Below are positions 60,616 to 64,000 of a DNA stretch of 64,000 nt, in pieces (within the stretch, counting starts at the first letter, position 1; every line of letters starts with the position of its first letter). The position numbers and the translations under genes were made by a program. The notes beneath the pieces are model-generated. The model searched no databases, had not been told where the DNA came from, and saw only the letters and a list, made by a program, of their open reading frames with translations. The DNA is taken from assembly GCF_044704955.1 (NCBI RefSeq), contig NC_091992.1:57412001-57476000 (forward strand), in the 5' to 3' direction. The stretch comes from Pristiophorus japonicus (taxonomy: Eukaryota).

Positions 60616-61345
60616 GGGCCAGAAATTGCGGTCGGAGGCTTCCCACTAGCAGATGCCTAAAACCTGAAAAATATCTACGAACTTACGGGAGGTTCAGAGA
60701 CTTGCAATCCCGGGCCTCTACGCGAAGGCCTGTGTAGAAGCCCACGTATCACAGGGACATAGGCACTTCGCACACATCCCTGGGATCACGTGGGCCGGCC
60801 CAACCAATCAAAGTAGGGGTATTTCCATTGATACTTGTGGTGAGTTCCATATATGCGGAATCACCACAAGTATGAATGGGATTACCCCAAAAAGTACACA
60901 CACTTAAATTTTAAAAAACATCACATAGTTAAAATCAAAATGGAATTTAATCAATTATTGAAAACAAAAATTAAATTTTTTGAAAAATAAATTTCCATTT
61001 TTTAAAGGGTCGAAAAATAAACGTACCTTATTTCACAGGTTTCTAAATGTTTAAATTATTGATAAAAAAGGAATTTTTCTGTCCTTTAAAAGTCTTACAC
61101 TGATAAAAGCAGGCCTTACGCCAGTTTTCATCAATGGTAAGAATTTCACGGCCATTTGCTGGGCAAGTAGCCCAACTCTCCGCCCGCGGAGGCCCTTTAC
61201 TTCTGAATGCAGTGGATGTGTTGAGAGGATTCTGGACAGATCGCAAGTTCCGGGTTTAGGCACATGCACAGCACATGCCTAAACCCAGAACTTGCGGAGC
61301 CCCTATGGGCACATGTGCACCTCGCACGCGCCCGTAGAGGCCATA
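60616..61345. mobile_element. Harbinger-type MITE, right end eroded
   Basis: Left end GGGCCAGAAATTGCGG resembles the other GGGC-type TIRs; GC-rich subtermini flank an AT-rich core. Confidence 0.55.
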
Positions 61346-62097
61346 ATAACATAGCATAGGGTGAATTCAACCTGGCTGGAGATGGTCTGACTTGACTAGA
61401 ATCAGTATTTTCTGTAGTTCTTTGCTGTACAGTATCACCACAGCGTCCAAGGCCCTTTACGAGATGTTGTAGTTTCAGCAGATAATAGGATTAGTCAACG
61501 AGAAAACAAGCTGATGACACATCACTTAATAAATCTTTATGAATGAATACACCTGCAGTGCTCATACTATTATCCGCGCAGCTGCAATTTAACACAATTA
61601 TCTAATCAACTTGCCATACAGAATCAACGAATTTACAAACCAGTCCTTGCTGGACCCACATAAAGCATGGCAATGATCATCCCTAGAGATTTTTGTGAGG
61701 GGGGGGGGGTGCGGAGGAGCATATGGTGTGTCCAATTTCTTTGAAGCTTCTAAATTATGTATCATTCAATAGAGATACAGGGATTTGTGTTCAAGCATTA
61801 TTGACCAATCAAGCTAGTCTTATTTTTGTGCCTAAGGGCCTTTTGTGTGTCCTGCTGATTTATATACCCTCCCTACCCCTATCCAGTCCGTTGCCACTAG
61901 CATTATTTTCTGTGTTGTCCTTTTAACTCACTTGTCTGTGACAATATTCAAAATCTTTTAATTATTGCCACCTCCTGTGCCCCTGTTTAGAATCAGCAAG
62001 ACAAAGAAAAGCATAACTGAATATCGTGGTCCAGAATTCTTTGGTCTATTTTTTTCCCACAAAAAAGGCATGGACATGGACATGAGCAATGTTCGAA

Positions 62098-63641
62098 AAG
62101 AAAGACTTGCATTTAAAAAGTGCCTTTCCCAACCTCAGGACGTCCCAAAGCACTTTACAGCCAATGAAGTACTTTGGACGTGTAGGAAATGCGGCAGCCA
62201 ATTTGCACACAGCAAGCTCCCACAAACAGCAATGTGATAATAATTAGATAATCTGTTGACTGAGTGATGAATATCAGCCAGCACACTGGGGAGAACTCTT
62301 CTTTGAAGTGTCATGGGATATTTTACGTCCACCCTCAGTACATGGTATTGAGGGTAATGTATTGACGTGGATAGAGAACTGGTTGGCAGCTAGGAAGCGA
62401 CGAGTAGGAATAAACGGGTCCTTTTCAGAATGGCAGGCAGTGATTAGTGGGGTATCACAAGGTTCAATGCTGGGACCCTAGCTATTTACAATATGCATTA
62501 ATGATTTAGACAAAGGAATTGAATGTAATATTTCCAAGTTTGCAGATGACAGTGTGCTGGGTGGCAGTGTGAGCTGTGAGGAGGATGCTAAGAGGCTGCA
62601 GGGTGACTTGGACAGGTTCGGTAAGTGGGCAAATGCATGGCAGATGCAGTATAATGTAGATAAATATGAGGTTATCCACTTTGGTGGCAAAAACAGGGAG
62701 GCAGAATATTATCTGAATGGTGACAGATTAGAAAAAGGGGAGGAGCAACAAGACCTGGGTGTCATGGTACATCAATCATTGACAGTTGGCATGCAGGTAC
62801 AGAAGGCGGTGAAGAAGGCAAATGGCATATTGGCCTTCATAGCTAGCGGATTTGAGTATAGGAGCAGGGAGGTCTTACTGCAGTTGTACAGGGCCTCGGT
62901 GAGGCCACACTTTGAATATTGTGTACAATTTTGGTCTCCTAACCTGAGGAAGAACATTCTTGCTATTGAGGGAGTGCAGCGAAGGTTCACCAGACTGATT
63001 CCCAGGATGGCAGGACTGACATATGAAGAAAGACTGGATCGATTAGGCATATACTCACTGGAATTTAGAAGAATGAGAGGGGATCGCTTAGAAACATATA
63101 AAATTCTGACCGGATTGGACAGGTTAGATGCAGGAAGAATGTTCCCGATGTTGGGGAAGTCCAGAACCAGGGGTCACAGTCTAAGGATAAGGGGTAAGCC
63201 ATTTAGGACCAAGATGAGGAGAAACTGCTTCACCCAGAGAATTGTGAACCTGTGGAATTCTCTACCACAGAAAGTTGTTGAGGCCAGTTCGTTAGATATA
63301 TTCAAAAGGGAGTTAGATGTGGCCCTTATGGCTAAAGGGATCAAGGGGTATAGAGAGAAAGCAGGAATGGGGTACTGAAGTTGCATGATCAGCCATGATC
63401 ATATTGAATGGTGGTGCAGGCTCAAAGGGCCGAATGGCCTACTCCTGCACCTATTTTCTATGTTTCACCCGAGAGGTTTAATGACTCATCCGACAAATGG
63501 CACCTCCGACAGTGCAGCATACCCTCAGTACTGCATTGGAGTGTCAGCCTAAATTTTGTGCTCAAGTCTCTGGAGTGGGGCTTGAACCCACAACCTTTTG
63601 ACTCAGAGGTAAGAGTACTACCACTAAGCCACAACTGACAC
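62098..63641 (-). mobile_element. SacSINE1-like SINE (62098-62334 plus 63466-63641) split by a CR1
   Basis: Intact tRNA-like head on the minus strand with A box TGGCTTAGTGG and B box GGTTCAAGCC; tail GGCACTTTTTAAATGCAAGTCTTTC. Confidence 0.82.
62335..63465 (+). mobile_element. 5'-truncated CR1 (RT to 3' end)
   Basis: KFADD, a 274-aa open C-terminal segment and a TTTCTATGTTT tail; CACCC duplicated at 62330-62334 / 63466-63470. Confidence 0.93.
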
Positions 63642-64000
63642 TAAGATGGGAGAAGCAGAAGGGTTAGGTTGTGGAGTAGTCAGCAGATAAATGATAATTA
63701 CACTACAGGAATGGAAGCTCTCAGAGACTCAAATGCTTTAATCTCCGGAGAGGCTGTTGAGAGAGGTATTTAAAAACAAGAATGCAGATACCAAGGTTGT
63801 CATTTTAACCTAACTTGCTGGCTGGAAAATCCACGGTATTGGGTGGATCGTCAGTTTTACACCCCTCCCAACATTACTCTCAACTAAATTCAATGGAGAG
63901 TAAAACTGGACGCGGTATAAAACGAGCCTTGTACCCAACCTCGTCATTTTCCCGATAGGCGAGTTTGATTAGAATTGACCCCTAAGAGTGAGGTGAACAA

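Noticed and set aside
63560-63641. tRNA gene
   Set aside because: The A/B boxes belong to a SINE head continuous with the Deu-like body.

Overview
Repeat-dominated vertebrate genomic DNA, most likely from a cartilaginous fish (shark). This is inferred from the repeat repertoire: SacSINE1/DeuSINE-like tRNA SINEs, CR1 LINEs with (TTTCTATG)n tails and esterase-type ORF1, Mag-clade Gypsy elements and Harbinger transposons. Most of the 64 kb is nested transposable elements. There are three Ty3/Gypsy LTR retrotransposons (two TSD-flanked copies of one family in opposite orientation, plus one truncated copy of a second family). There is one complete TIR-bounded Harbinger carrying a spliced Myb/SANT gene and a convergent transposase, plus two older Harbinger remnants. 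The rest comprises more than ten CR1 copies, L2, RTE, a Vingi-like fragment, Harbinger- and Tigger-type MITEs, and one 180-N assembly gap. All TE coding regions are disrupted. No host protein-coding gene, RNA gene or CRISPR array can be supported, and I did not find a clearly new biological system. The most notable observations are: CTCF-like motifs in two unrelated Gypsy LTR families, non-canonical TG...TA LTR ends, an FQDD RT motif, a mobile non-coding bipartite RTE derivative, a twin-priming-type inversion in an RTE copy, and splice donors conserved in a MITE family. All family assignments are by eye from motifs, without database searches.
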